Source of the DNA: Octopus bimaculoides
Taxonomy: Eukaryota
Assembly: GCF_001194135.2 (NCBI RefSeq)
Contig: NC_068981.1
Span: 123,770,979 to 123,824,311 of the forward strand
Length of the DNA stretch: 53,333 nucleotides
Direction of reading: 5' to 3'
Shown here: one piece after another, positions 37,022-51,135 of the stretch
Layout: the number at the start of each line of letters is the position of its first letter
Numbering within the stretch: position 1 is the stretch's first letter
The notes under the pieces: generated by a model
Told to the model about the DNA's origin: nothing
The model's database searches: none
What the model saw: only the letters and a program-made list of their open reading frames with translations
Position numbers and translations under genes: made by a program

Positions 37022-38550
37022 TACTGCGTCCCATATTATTAGGCAAATCAACCTTTTCTAAATAAATAAATCTATATTCCTTCAAAACCAGTTGTTTTCC
37101 CACTGACTGCTGGCAACACCTATCTGCACACATTCTGTTAAAATAAACCGGATCTGCGCAAACGCCAATACACGGCAGCCATTTTTGTAATTGGGCAACA
37201 TTTTCACCGTCACAGATTATTAGGCAAGTATAATAAAAATAATAATTGTGTCAGAACAAACGTTTATTTAATTCAATAGTAAAGGTTTAACAAAAAATTA
37301 TTCATAAAGGACTTAATGGTAAACATAATAATAAGTTCGTATGAAAATAATCATGGGATTATGATGTCATACAACTCCTAATGTTTGACGTATGATCCTC
37401 CACATGCAATAACCTTCCTTATGCGCTGATCTATTGAATTTGTCAAGATAATGATATCTTCTCCTGTCATGCTTGGTAAATGCGCCTCTTCAGGACACTC
37501 CACAGGATCTCGATTGGGTTTAAGTCAGGGGAACAAGGTTCCCACTGCATAAAACGACCTCCAGAGAAGCCTATTTGCTGCAGGTTTCCTTAGAATTCTT
37601 CGCTGCATGAGATGAGGCATTATCTTGCATGAAGACCAACTTTCTCTTGAATGAAAGTTTTGCTTTTTGAACCACAGTTGGAAATTTTCCTTGAAGAAGG
37701 TAATATATGTTTTCGATGTCATCATAATGCCATCTGGGACTTTCCATGGCCGACCATCATACCACCGACGATGTCAGCCCAAAACATGACCCCCACCTCC
37801 TCCTTGTTGACGTCTCAAATGATGAGGACGGTTCAAGCTGATTGACACCCAAACTTTACACCAAACATCTGGTCCATCAAGAGTAGCACGGCTTTGTCAG
37901 TGAATAGAACTCTTGAAAAACCTATCTTCATATATTCCTCTGTCCATTTCAATCCCTTCTGCTTATGAACAACCTTCAGAAGGGGCTTTGTAACAGATTT
38001 AACATTCCTGGCTACCTGCTTCAAGAGGCGACACCTGGTAGTTTTCGATATGTCTTCCCTGCCATGTTACTCTACTCGTAGGACATGGGTTCCGCACAAC
38101 TTCCCTTTTCACACGTGACAAAGTACTAGTCGAAGCAACCATCAATTTACCCTTATCTGCCTTCGACGGGACAGAAATAGGAGACTGCGCAAATATCTTC
38201 ACTGTTTGGTGATCTCTTCTCAGCATTTAGAAATATCAAAAATACTATGGTTGTTTTTCCTTTTCCAAGCTCTGACACGACCGTAGACTTCTCATTCAAA
38301 GAGAGATCACTTTTCTAACCCATAATCACACTTAAATCGGGTACCTGCCTAATAATTTAGGACAGTAGAAATGTTGCTGTCACACGGTGATGGCCACCGT
38401 TTGGTTTCGTCTGAGCAGATCCAACTTATTTTAACAGAATGTGAGCAGATAGGTGGTTCCAATAGTCAGTCGGAAAAGCACTGGTTTTGAATGAATATAC
38501 ATTTATTTATTGAGAGAAGGTTGATTTGCCTTATAATGCGGGAAATAGTG
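37022..38550 (-). mobile_element. Near full-length Tc1 (DD34E-type) transposon with ~210-bp IR/DR terminal inverted repeats, decayed transposase
   Basis: 37022-37230 aligns to the reverse complement of 38341-38550. Each TIR carries two copies of ..ATTAT(T/A)AGGCA near its ends, and TA lies at 38551. Transposase motifs: VLFTD, RRQQGGGGVMFW, VFMQDNASSH, PDLNPIEILW. Confidence 0.9.
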
Positions 38551-40854
38551 TATTGTGAAACTAGCACACTTGTAATCCACGAAACGAAAGAGTCCTTACT
38601 ACTTTATGTGGCCTCTGTTTGTTTAGAGCAACGTGACAAACCAAATGAAGAGAAGACCGAACGATTGCAAGAAATAAAATAGAGTGGGAAGGACAAAGAA
38701 GCGCATGATGGGGAAACAGTGGGATGGGTGAAGAGAAAAGAGATGTGGACGAAACAGTGCTAGAAGGAGTAGCGAAAGCGATAGAGTGATCTGTCTTTTC
38801 CCCAAATAGACTAGCAAGAAGGTAGATTTATTTCGCTAGAAGAAATGAATGATTCATGATAATTCTTCCAGATAGGGAATTAGAGATGCCAATGTTCTTT
38901 AGGGCTAGGTACATAGATTTGCGTCGTAAGACAATGGGTTACTGCTGTGTTTAAACACCACTGGATGTTCTGATCTTCCATGTAAGAGCTCAACATCACA
39001 AAACACCTTCTCGTTTTGTATATTCTACTGTTTAACATATATTTCAAAAGTTGTTACTTTCGTTATACATCACAATTATTCAAGAGATTTCACGTGTTAA
39101 TATGAATCGCATTATTAACTGCAAGTAGTACTACCGTAGTCGTGTCATGTGTACTGTTTCCCTAAGAGACTAAATTTCGACTCAGTGTTATTGATTTTAT
39201 CATACAACAGTGGGTCTAGAATATTAAACATTCTGAAATATTCATCAAAGCATTTAATAGTACTTCATTCGTCGGGGAAATAGTAAAATATTGTGCATTA
39301 TTCTGAAATGATGAACAATGACTCTTAACTGTCTTCGAGTTTAAAACTGTCCATAGCCAGATAATTCCCAACTGACAGTAGCTCTATATCAATAGATGTA
39401 ACTCTGCTTTTTTCTAGACTGCCCGTTTGTCAACAGTTAGAAGTAATTAAGAACGACAAAACCCTCTAAAATAGGTACAAACCACATATTTTGGGACGAT
39501 AAATTCAGTCGATTAAGTTAACTCTACTTCATTCCTGAGACTATACTACTGACTCTCAGAACAATGAATAGCAACGATAAGCACATCAGGTTTTGAGCAT
39601 GGAGAGTAAAGAAACCGGACTAAATTCTGAAAGATATTTTGGCATTTAGTCTATCGGTTCTGCAAATCCATCGTCCTTCAGCAGCAATAATGAATTTTAC
39701 GATAAGCACTTGTACAGAGATTTTTGGGGGTAATATATTCGGTTTAATCTATCCCAGAAATTTATTTGACTTCCATTTATTTTATCGAACCTAGTAGGGA
39801 GATAAAGCAAAGTCAAACTCAGAACGTAAAGAGTTGCAACTTAATACTGCAAGGCATGGTACGGACAGTCCACCTTTTCTATCAGTGAAGAACCATTCTG
39901 TGGCAATAAGAAAAGCAAGCGTCAAAATGTTAACTTAAAATGACCAGTCTCTTTTGTCGTTATATGAAATACTAAATGAACTGCATTTACTTTCTTTTAA
40001 CTTGGTATTATATAAAGCATATAGCTTATTGGAGTGACTCCGACTACTGTGTTATATTCGTATTTATTTTAATAAATCCGGCGGGAATGAAAGAAGAATT
40101 TATCTTTTGCAGTATTTGAAATTATGACATAAAAAAATATAATTAAATACTTCAAAGTATTTCTGCCAACATTTCTACTCTTACTTCTAAATTATCATTC
40201 TTATTAATTGAATCAAATTGTTTGATATTTTATAATTCAACCTGTAACGTTCTTATAGGTTTAATAACGTCATGTCAGCCATCAAAGTTTCAACTCTACA
40301 AGCGTTTTCTTGTAGCGGGGTGTCATGTCCTTTAGCTGTATGTCTCTTTATTTCTGTAGTGTCTTCTCTATTGTTGTAACATATTGTGAAATTTTCAAAT
40401 TATGTAAAAATTTTCAAATTTGGTACATTGAAATAATTTTCCATGTTAAATTTGATTTTGTTATTTATTTATTCCAGAAAAATTATAGAAAACTGTTACA
40501 GAGGTTTAAAGTTTAATCAATTTTACCTAATCAGAAAACAGGATTTGGAAGCTGGCATTTTCTGCATGATAGTTGTCTATCGCAAAATGAAAGCAAATTA
40601 ATTACGAGGAGGAATTTTTATTAAACAAATGAAAGCAAAGCATTGCTGAAGTTTCAATAAGTTTTAATAAATAAAGTCAGGAGAAGCGGTCGAACAGACA
40701 TGTAAATAATTTTAAAAGGAAAAAAATTCTCAACTAAGTTATTTGGGGAAGAATTGCACAAATTTGTCCTGATCAAGAGGCCTATCTGTCGGAGAAGGCA
40801 TGGTCTGACATGGAATAAACAAACATTTATTCAACACATTCTATTGTAAAAACT

Positions 40855-40889
40855 GCCCGGCAACGATGGGCTATTCACTATTCAGCTAG
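40855..40889 (+). mobile_element. Helitron-type 3' terminus
   Basis: GCCC-ggcaacgat-GGGC hairpin, then CTAG|T. It resembles the 30267 terminus. The 5' end was not located. Confidence 0.45.
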
Positions 40890-41299
40890 TCTAGAAAATA
40901 AAGCTAGTTTCAATGACACAGATACCGTGTTAGTTTTGAAATCGAGTCAAACCATTAAATGGCTAAAATTAGTCAGAGATTAGTCGAAAAGTAGTGAAAA
41001 AGAATATCTGTAATTGCTGGTATTAGTCGGCAAAGCTTAATTTAGATTTCAGTTAAATTGCTAGAAGAAGGAGACGTAAATATATGTTGTTTTCCTCTCT
41101 ATTATAGAAAGTGTACCTTGTAACGTTCATGTCAGATTTCGATTGTACATGTAATGGCGGATACCTCTACCTACTTACTCGCCGGCGTACGAGGCGATGG
41201 CCATATGTTCTATCGGAAATTTACTATTGCAGTAATGCGAATGTGTTGGCATCCATTGCAAATTATGTATGAAGATTTGAGATTTCTTTAAAGTAATTG

Positions 41300-44200
41300 A
41301 AGTAGAAATTACAGTGAAATATCATAGGGTTTAATTTTTTTTATTTTTTTTTGTGTGTGTATGGAACTTTGACGCAGAGGTAATCAGGATTCGCGAATTT
41401 TAAAGTACCAACATAAAGCAGACCATGTAAAAAAAGATCTGCCAGTTTCGACAACTTTCTATTATTGACCCCGAGGTTTATTGATGATCATAACGAAACG
41501 GAGTCTTTCAGGAGATTGGAGCCTTGAATGCTCAAATGGCAAACTAGTTTGACATTAATATCTTCAAATAATGAAAAAAAACTGATACTAGCTTCCTTTT
41601 TTAGCAAGAATGTGCCCTTAAGGATATGAATCATATGACGTGTATTGTACCATGCAAAGTTTCTCCCGCTACTTCGATGTTTACAAAACAAAGTAACTAT
41701 GTCATATAGTTATGTCGATATATAGCTTTTTTCCTTTCTCGTCCAGTAGTATCCGTTGATTTCTCTCACATTTTCGGTGCTCAAATTGCCTGTATACAGA
41801 GATATTTGAGATCACATTCTCTGGTGAAGATGCTAGCGAAGGCCACCAGTTGCAGCTCTACTTGAATGACAGGGCCGAACAACAACTGAATTTATTTTTT
41901 GGAATCACTTTCAAGAAGTCCTTTTCCGTGTTTGAGTATGAGTAGCTGAAGAGCAGACTCGCCAGTCAAACACCCATGCATATTAGTGGTAAAGCTTAGT
42001 CGCTGAATGTGGAGTCAGAGATAAAATGTTTTCTGATAGGCAGTGATCTGACCAACTTGGTACCCCCTAGGAATTACAGGTGTTTATCTTAACTCATCAG
42101 TAAAATCGAAGATAACTTCTCGCATTGTACGAGAGTTACCTCTGAGATTCTGCCTCATCCGATCCAAAGCTTCATCTGTTCGTTTGTGCCTCATAGTCGC
42201 TTCATCTCAGATATTCAATTTGCAAGAGCTTACTCCTAACTGAGTTCCTCTTGATACCGCAATGATGTTCCTGCCATGGAAGGTTTAGAATCTAACACAG
42301 AATGTGCAGTTATTCCACCAATCGTGCATGTCGCTGAAATGTCATTTGGAATCACAGCAATAGTTATATACTGCTTTGGTGAAATTTGCAGTCAGAAGGT
42401 TTGTAGTACCGGCACGAAAAGTTATTTTTTATCCTTATCAGGAAATTCTACGATAGGGCTCTGACCATCTACCAATGGAGATTCATTTTCATTCACAAAC
42501 TAACCCAAGACTTGAATATTTCAGTGTGTTCAATGAAAGAATTCATATGCCATTTCCATTTTTCCTGTCTCTGGTACACAATCAATCATCAACATGCTAT
42601 TTAGAGCCCCGAGAGGACAGACCGCAAAGAGCTTAATTGTTGATGCCGGGACAAAATTACTGATACGCATTTCGCACTTGGAATAGGTTTGCATAGATAT
42701 TCTGACAATCTTTTAGCGCTCGTGTCAGAGTAGACGGGGCTGTTAATTTGGCGCAAATGCAACCAGTTGTTTTATCTAACTTACCGTGTGAGTAATCACT
42801 TTTTTTAGTGTCTGTTTCCAACTATTTTTGTGGTCATGCAGGACTCCATAAAGGTCACATTCTTCATGATACGTTGAGTACAACCTTTCTGTAAAACAGA
42901 TGAGATTCTCAAATGACGAAGAGCCTTGAAAAGTGTGAAGTAACCACAAGTAAAATTATTATCTCACCCTGACGTCTCCGTAGTCATCAGCCTCATAAGT
43001 ATATTTTCTTTGATTCCATTGCTTTCAGTAGAACCAGATGTACTACTCTCGAAGTGATCAACCAAATTTGTCCTGATGGCAGATTTTGGAATTGTATTTA
43101 GGTAGCGTTTGTGACAACTGATGAGTTGTGGGTTCAATGACAGTCATATTCCGCTCATTCTCGAGAACTGCCAGTGAGACCACTGTTGAAAAGTATTGAT
43201 GGATCTCAGCTTCAATGATTTTTCCTTCGTTGCAGATGTTCTATATAAATATAAATATTGCTTGAATCTAGCTAAATATAAATATTATATTACTTGAAAT
43301 ATATAAATATATAAATATTACTTGAATCTATCAAGCCCACCATAACTGAACACTCTGTCAATGGCTAAGCTAAGGATGGTACTGCTCTTATATACTTTGT
43401 AGTATATAGGTTTGCTTTAACCTAAGTGAAATACTCAACATTTATATGGTCATGCTTCCACAGCAATCTGTTGTGAGAAACTACTTATTGATTGTCCATA
43501 GTTAGCATCACGCCTCAAACTGCGTTGTCGAGTATACACCTGCAATAGCGGTTAACTAACATTGCTGGTCTGGGTACTCCCGACCCCCAAATAAGAAATT
43601 AAGGATATTTGTGGGACGGGGGGTGTACATTTCATCTAGCATTCAGAGTGAGGCTGGAGTGATGGGCTCGCATGGATCATGGTTATTGAGTCTTAGTGGC
43701 TTCAAAGAGCAGGGAATAGTCAACCTTATCAAAACCCTTAACTGAAATTTTGTCGTCAGTGTCATCTGGTGATGACTTATATTTACATTAATGCAGTGTG
43801 TCAGAATGAGGACGTTATATTTTTGACATTCATAAGGTGTTACCAACATACTAAACCCACCACATATTCTTCTATCATCTAATAGTCAATAACATTTTAT
43901 TCATGTTTTTGTTTGTTCTTTTTTTTCCGTTACTGAGATCAAGGAGATCATATCGAACGCACAATTTATAATATCGAAAAAGCTCATGGGAGGTTTCTAT
44001 CCCTTTCGAGTTACAAATGGATCTAATGAAAGCTAATGAAAGGATCCAGCCGGTCAAGGTTTCTGACATAAGTCATTGCATCATGAGTTTGGTTATGCGT
44101 ATAACAAAGATATCTTCTAAAGTTGAACAATAGTCTAACTAGTTGGATATAATTCTTATGTCAGCATGAGAAGTGATGAAACCTTGAATATGAGCGTACT

Positions 44201-45200
44201 TCTCTGCCTTAACTCGTTTTGGTTTCATCACAGAAAACCTAACCTTTCTGCTTGGGTTTTGATAAACATGTCAAACATGAACCGGTTACTTCTTTGAATC
44301 ATTGAACTTGGTTGAATCAATACTCAACCATGAAATGAAAGGGTTATTATTATTTGAAACTGAGTTTTCAGCATATTTTTTGGTATGTTCATGGGTCGAT
44401 CTACCGTAGCTGAAAATGATAACCATTTTGACAATTACAGAATTTGAGAGGGTTCTAGGATGAGTCATAGGTTCTGCGAGTTTCACACATACTCTCCAAG
44501 CATCCACTCCCTTTCTACAAAACAATGATGCGACGTTCGTGCTATTCATTAATCATTATGATTTCAATTTTGGCATTGTTGAGAGTATAGTACGTGCTTT
44601 TATGTTCTGCAACTGATCATTTACCCGATGCGATGATGATTTTGCGAACGCTGGCGTCGTTAAGGAGTTCCAGTGTATAGTTGAATATATTGACGTACAT
44701 GTGAATTCAGTGAAGTATTTATCATCTGTAATTTCATGACTGTGTAAAATAGTAATTTGTCATTAACAACCATGCGCCTTTGTTGGGCCTCTATTTTGTT
44801 GCCACTCATGAAGTAAATAAATGCAAATATGAGAAGCTTTTGTGCCATCCATTAAGCGGATGGATGAATTTTCAAAGAATTTTATGGGTTGTAGCATATT
44901 TAATAAATACTTTCTGAACAAAATATTTAGATTTAAGTACGTAACTTGAGATATAGGGGTTGGCTAAAGCACCCAGAACATATTGCAAAAGCAGTTATCC
45001 GCTCGGGTTAGATTCAAGGTTTCAGGATTGTCAGAAGATATCTTTCTATGTTGTCTCAATTTGTGCTTGTGATGTGTAACATAAGATATATTGGATTATG
45101 TCGTCTGTTACTGGTTCATATTTAAGGCTTGTCATCTGACATAGAATGCGAAGCCAACTCCAGTAGGATTATATAACAGAAAGCTCGATAAAAAATATAA
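41300..45200 (-). mobile_element. Helitron RepHel (Rep plus PIF1 helicase) fossil
   Basis: Colinear minus-strand motifs: IYFM..EAQQRR (~44790), VTPY..KYN..HCINV (~43800), FYLWLLHTFQGSSSFENL..TYHEECDLYGVLHD (~42840-42955), I*DEATMRHK..EALDR (~42200), PVIPRG, LPFEHSRLQSPERLRFVMIINKPRGQ (~41465-41540), HGLLYVG (~41415). Heavily disrupted. Confidence 0.85.
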
Positions 45201-47133
45201 CTATTAACTAGATACTGTAAAACGTCTCGTCTGGTTTGTTTCCTTTTATGTTATGTTTATCTAACTCACTAGTCTCTACCTAAAAGTATAAGCTAGAAAT
45301 ACTATCTCACAGAGTCGTGTTGTAAAATTCCATTTGATCATATTTTTATATTTATATTTTACACTTTTTCTCTTCATTTATATAATTTGTTTTACGTTTT
45401 TTTGTATTTATTTGTTCATTTTTTGCAATGTATTGAGGAAAATTTTCATCTCTGCGATACGCTTAGTGGTCAGGAACACAAGTATTGGTTTGTAATATAG
45501 TGAACGCAACCATATATTGATCAATATGAACAACCTACTTCGCATAACACATTTTTCTATTAATAGTCTGCTTTTGAATAACTTCATTCCTGCAGGTAAT
45601 CATAACGATGCTGTTACTAGAAGTACAATATTTTAGATGCTTCCAGCATTCGAATGCTTTTAGTTTAATACTACCTGTCATATTTATATATATATTTTTT
45701 AATATTCTGCTTTGTGAAGATTTTTTTATCGTAAATTGATATTTACTTTGTTAAATTTGATACTTTCATTATGCAGATACTTTAATAATTATTCTTGTTA
45801 CAATCTGCATTGAAAATATCTCTATTTCGTGGTTGTTTTACCTGAAGCATAAGTCATATAAACTATGAAAATATAGCTTGATTTTATTTTATTCTGTGTT
45901 GAATGCCTACAGGATTCTCACTAATTTAATACAGATGTCGACGTTTAGAGAGATATAGTCGGTTGATTAATCTTCAGCATTTTATCGATTTTTCCCTCAG
46001 GGACAATGAAACAAATTTAAAGATATGAACAACATTGTATGAGGCCCGTGCCTTGCTCAGTTGAAATGGATGAATTGAAAGGGAAATATTTTTAGTCAAG
46101 CACTGAAACTGCATTGCCGACTGATGCCAGTGACGATTTACACTGCGTTGCTTGCTACGTTGTTGGTTGACCAGATACGTAAAGTGATTTTTAGGCGCAG
46201 TATCCAAAAGAATTTAGCTAGAAATTGTATCACAAAAATAACAGAAAATCAGTAGCTTATTTTCAGTTATGACGACCGTAAAGTTGAATTTGGAAATTAG
46301 CTTTTACATATACTTTTCTCATATTAAACATGTAGATGCACTGTTTTCCCTTGTACCGTACGTGAATAATTTACGTCAGAAAGCTAGTCAAGTACTCAAT
46401 GCGTATCCAACATAGGTGGTCAGTAATAAAATTAAAAACAGCAAAAGGTGATATACTAGTGGAGAAAAGAAATCGAAACATTATGCGTATTTCCATAGAG
46501 CTACAGCTAGTTTTAAACTAGCAGAAAGAAAATAGCAAATGATGTTCAGTTATTACCATTCCTGTCGCCAATGGAGGGTCACTAATCAAAGAATTATCAG
46601 TCGCTTCACGGATGGCTCATTTTCTAGCTCTGCAGCCGAATTGGTAGCAGATAAACAGGAAGAAACAAAAGCAAATAAATTAAACATAAGAAACGTCTAA
46701 TTACATCTGTGACACACAGTTACGACAGAAAAATTATCAACAACCACAGTTCACTTTCTCATCAATAATGCGCAATTTTTTTTAGCAGGAGATATAAAAC
46801 ACGTTATTTTGCTTCAAATGACGATGATCGCCTTCAAGGGAGAATTTATGGATTCCTAAAAATTGAAAAAGAGCCCAGCAAAAAATGTTATTACGTTAAG
46901 GCAGATGGGGAGCAAGTAGTTGTACAAGAACTAAATTGTGCCAAGAGATTTTAACGGTATCAGAAACATCAGATATATATCAGTTTATGTAAAATCGATA
47001 GGAAAGAATTTTATGAGAGATAGTACAGCAAGAACTAGCTCTCTTTTTTCTACCTTAAATGATGTGGCTAAAGATTTCTTCACAAAATATGACATGCTTC
47101 AAATGAGATTAGAAACTTTTGAACGATATTTTC

Positions 47134-47170
<37 letters not shown>

Positions 47171-47351
47171 NNNNNNNNNNNNNNNNNNNNNNNNNNNNNN
47201 NNNNNNNNNNNNNNNNNNNNNNNNNNNNNNNNNNNNNNNNNNNNNNNNNNNNNNNNNNNNNNNNNNNNNNNNNNNNNNNNNNNNNNNNNNNNNNNNNNNN
47301 NNNNNNNNNNNNNNNNNNNNNNNNNNNNNNNNNNNNNNNNGAGAGAGGGTG

Positions 47352-47382
<31 letters not shown>

Positions 47383-47726
47383 GGGGATGGATGGATGGAT
47401 GGATCTAATAAATTACGCAATCTAAGCAGCAAAGAATTCGTTCAAAGTGCGTCGCTAATGCCACTGAAAGTGATATGCGGATCACACAGATATATATTAC
47501 ACTTTCAAATTTGTTTCATAATAATTAGTTTGGTTACACTATAAGGCGAGGATTTTTGACCAAAATATACTGCTTTGTAGTTTTAATTATAGTGAGACAT
47601 TTAGTCTTCGCATTAAAATCTGGTTTCAATGTTTTTTCAGGACCACTGAAATATTAGGCATCTTAATAAACACATGTTAATTCATTTGCTTATATCATTG
47701 TTCCACGAATATTAGTTTCAAATTTT

Positions 47727-47914
47727 GAAACGAAACCAGCAAGTCCGGGGGAGGGGATAAGTTGATTACATCGATTTAAGTGTTCAACTGGTACTTATTT
47801 TATCGACCCCGAAATGATGAAATGCAGAGTCGGCTTCGGTGAAATTTGAACCCAGAATGTAAAGACGGACGAAATGTCATAAAGCATTTTGCCCACTGTG
47901 CTATCAATTCTGCC
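47727..47914 (-). mobile_element. SINE family B
   Basis: Colinear with 26631-26775 (GGTACTTATTTTATCGACCCCGAAA..AGAATGTAAAGACGGACGAAATG). Confidence 0.85.
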
Positions 47915-49079
47915 TTCTGTTCTACGAATATTGATATTACGACTTATACAGACTTCTAACGTAGACTTAAGGTGCCACATTTTAATGACGGCGTATATTC
48001 AGACCCAGTATTTAATTCACTCTGCTACTTGTACATTTTTTTATCAACCTCCTTTTTATAAAAAAGCCAAGTCAACCTTAGATTATAAATGGATGACACT
48101 ATATACCGTAGGACATTTGTCGACATTGCAGATTCTGTATTCCACCGTCTTTTGTCTAAAATTACAAAACGGTCGCTGTAACATCTTAAATCTTACAATG
48201 TTCCCACTTTAGAGGCAATCAATGATTTCAAATGAGTTTATCACAAAAGAAAAGCTATACTTCAGTAAATAACCTTTCGTTCAGAGATAACGTATAGCTG
48301 GAACTTCACAAGTAAATAATTAATCTTATCTTTGAAAACTGAACCAAAATATATAATCACAATAAAATGTCTACTTCTGTACACTCCACAAACAGATGGT
48401 GAGTCGTGTAAAAGTGTATATTTGCACCAAGTATTTGATGAATTATGGCATTTTATTTAGTATTCATGGCTTTGTTTGAACTTTGTTATGACTGCAGATG
48501 AAAGATCAGTTGGATTCTAACAAGATATTATTGAATTATTGCACATAAAGTTTGTATTTTTCTCCAAACATAATTTATTAATTGCTCCTTTTGCCTTTTC
48601 TTCGTCATTAATTATATCTTGGGTTGTTTTTCTTCTTTTTGCTATTGTTGCATTGTTTGTATTTAATTCTCACTAACAACATTACAATCATCATCACACC
48701 GTCATAACTCCACTGTCACTTTATCTCAGTCAATCAGCAATATCAGAGAAACAATGGTTGGATGGACAAATCATCTTTAATAGTTTAGATATAACCCCAT
48801 TTTTAGTTAATTACAAATATTTTAATATGCGTCGATGGTTCTCTGTCGAATAAATTATGGCTTTTTCTCCTAAAACTATTGCAGAGCAATACAGAGTAGC
48901 AAATTGGTTAGGCATCGAACAAAAGAACTAGCAGCGTTTAATTACGTTGTGTTCTAAGTTCCACTTACGAAAGATTAATTGTGCCTTTCTTCATTCGAGA
49001 TGGTATAATCTCGAGACTATTCCCCTTCCTTCAAAAAAAGAATCCTTGCCTGTGCTATGTAAGAAACCATTATTAATAG

Positions 49080-49265
49080 TGGGGATTTGGCAGAATCGGT
49101 AGCAATTCCGGCATAATGCTTAGTGGTTAGTGATATGAGCTCAAATTTCACCGCGGTGAAATTAGCCTCTCATTCTTTCGGGGCCAATAAATAAATTATC
49201 AGTCAAGTACTGGGTCGATGATATCGATTAACCTTCTCCCCCCAATTAGTTACGTCCCTTTACTT
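49080..49265 (+). mobile_element. SINE family B, degraded
   Basis: TGGCAGAATCGGTAGC..GAGCTCAAATTTC..TCATTCTTTCGGGGCCAATAAA..GTACTGGGTCGAT. Confidence 0.75.
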
Positions 49266-50259
49266 TCAGAGTTTAATCCCTCCGAATAGGCTTTTGGAGA
49301 CAGGATATGACACAGTATCTTTTCGTGACGTAGTGGGGTGGGTAAAATACTTCTTTAAAAAGTTTAACCCTATGTTCAAAGCAGATTTTGAATTATGACC
49401 ATAGGCAGGGTTTTCCATAAAAGCCACTTCCATGTTTGGTCTAAACAAGATAAAGGCAAACAACCAGGAAGAAAGAGGAAGACGCGTTTTATAAGTAGCT
49501 CTTGCATTTTTATTCATATTAATCTTAAAAGGAAATCTACGAATAACATTATTCTTATGATAGATTCACAAACAATTTATTTTTGTCAATCATATATCAA
49601 ATCTTACAACATTAATTTCAACCTAGTATAGTTGTTTGGACATAATTTTTCAATATCTAAAAATATTCTATGTATATTTTCTCATATATGTCTTGTATAC
49701 AAACACATAAAAATATGGTAATGTCAAACAAATTGTTATTTGCTTCCAAATTGTTATTCATTCCAAACCGACTCCAACAGAGACTAGTACTGTAATGTTA
49801 GATATATTACACCATAATTACCGTGTTTGAAATGTTTTGCTGAGATTTATGTTTTATATGCTGTCAACATATCTCCATGTAATACTATATTTCTAAACTT
49901 TTAAATGCTTTGTATATCTTCAATTTACAAGAGTTTCATGTTTATTTCTAAACAACGTTTTCTATAAGATTTTATGCATTTCAACACATGTATTTCTCAT
50001 GCAACAATAGTTTAGGTATTTATAAGTATAATTATGTCAATTTTTTCTCTATATTTCTCCATTTTCGTTTCTCTCCGCATTCGTTAACTTTAAAAAAATC
50101 TTCAAGCTGAATAGCAACTGCATCAACCTTACCAGGTTCAAAGGCCCGTATTAGTCATTGGCGATCACCCTTTCTCTCTTATGAAATCATAAAAACAAAA
50201 GTTTTTTAATTCAACTGGTAGATCATCAGACTTTTTAGACCCATACATGGTCTTGCAGT

Positions 50260-50405
50260 TAAGATGCTCGATTTGCAGTCACGTGGTTACGCTTAAGTCC
50301 CAATGCGCAGCACTTCGGGTAAGCAGTTTCTACTATAACTATGGGGGCTGACCAATACCTTGTGACTGACATTGGTAGAGGGAAACAACGTGAAAGCCGA
50401 GAAAT
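50260..50405 (+). mobile_element. SINE family A head, degraded
   Basis: AGTCCCAATGCGCAGCACTTCGGGTAAG..TTCTACTATA..GACCAATACCTTGTGA..TTGGTAGAGGGAAAC. Confidence 0.65.
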
Positions 50406-50700
50406 GTGTGTGTGTGTGTGTGTGTGTGCGTGTGTGTTTATGCGTGTGTCTTCGTGATTGTGATTCTCACCCACCACCGTGGGCCATTACACTCATTACA
50501 CTCTTACACACCACATGTTATACTTGACGTGGAGGCCCAGAGAGGCAGTCTGGTTGGGTTGGGGGACCACTCCAACTGCCCTACTCAAGTCCAAAGGCGT
50601 TTTGTTCCTGAACAGAACAGTACAGTCAACCCGACCAACGACTGGCAGCAGGCAGCGACAATATATGTATGTATGTGTATGTGTGCGTACGTGTGTGTCT

Positions 50701-50808
<108 letters not shown>

Positions 50809-50839
50809 ATTTTTGTATTTCGGGATAGTCATTCTTTTG

Positions 50840-51135
50840 CCAAATAAAAACATGCACTATATATTTGTTCTTCACTCGTCTATTACTGTTCTTATTCGAA
50901 CTCATGTCCGTTGTCCGGAAATTTTTCGTCACACATCTGTAACCTCTTCAGCGACACTTTTCGTTTTCGTGTGTGCTCTTGGAGTAAGCGGAGCAAGAGC
51001 ACACACGAAAATGAAAAGTGTCGCTAAAGAGGTCCCAGGTGTGTGACGAAAGATTTCCGGACAACGGACATGAGTTCGAATAAGAACAGTAATAAACAAG
51101 TGAAGAACAAATATATAGTGCATGTGTTTATTTGG
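50840..51135. repeat. Fold-back element: ~142-bp imperfect arms, 12-nt spacer
   Basis: 50840-50981 versus the reverse complement of 50994-51135 shows about 9 mismatches by manual count. The spacer is GAGTAAGCGGAG. Confidence 0.9.

Noticed and set aside
41175-41205. GC hairpin TCGCC..GGCGA as the 3' end of the large Helitron
   Set aside because: No CTRR terminus at the expected distance on the minus strand.
45985-46060. Strong-looking splice acceptor TTTTTCCCTCAG
   Set aside because: All three downstream frames stop within 30 nt and no donor is nearby.
46938-47141. 67-aa ORF as a host exon
   Set aside because: No recognisable domain or splice signals, and the length is expected by chance.
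49144-49163. 20-bp palindrome AATTTCACCGCGGTGAAATT as an operator
   Set aside because: It lies within the B-box region of a degraded SINE and most likely arose by local mutation.
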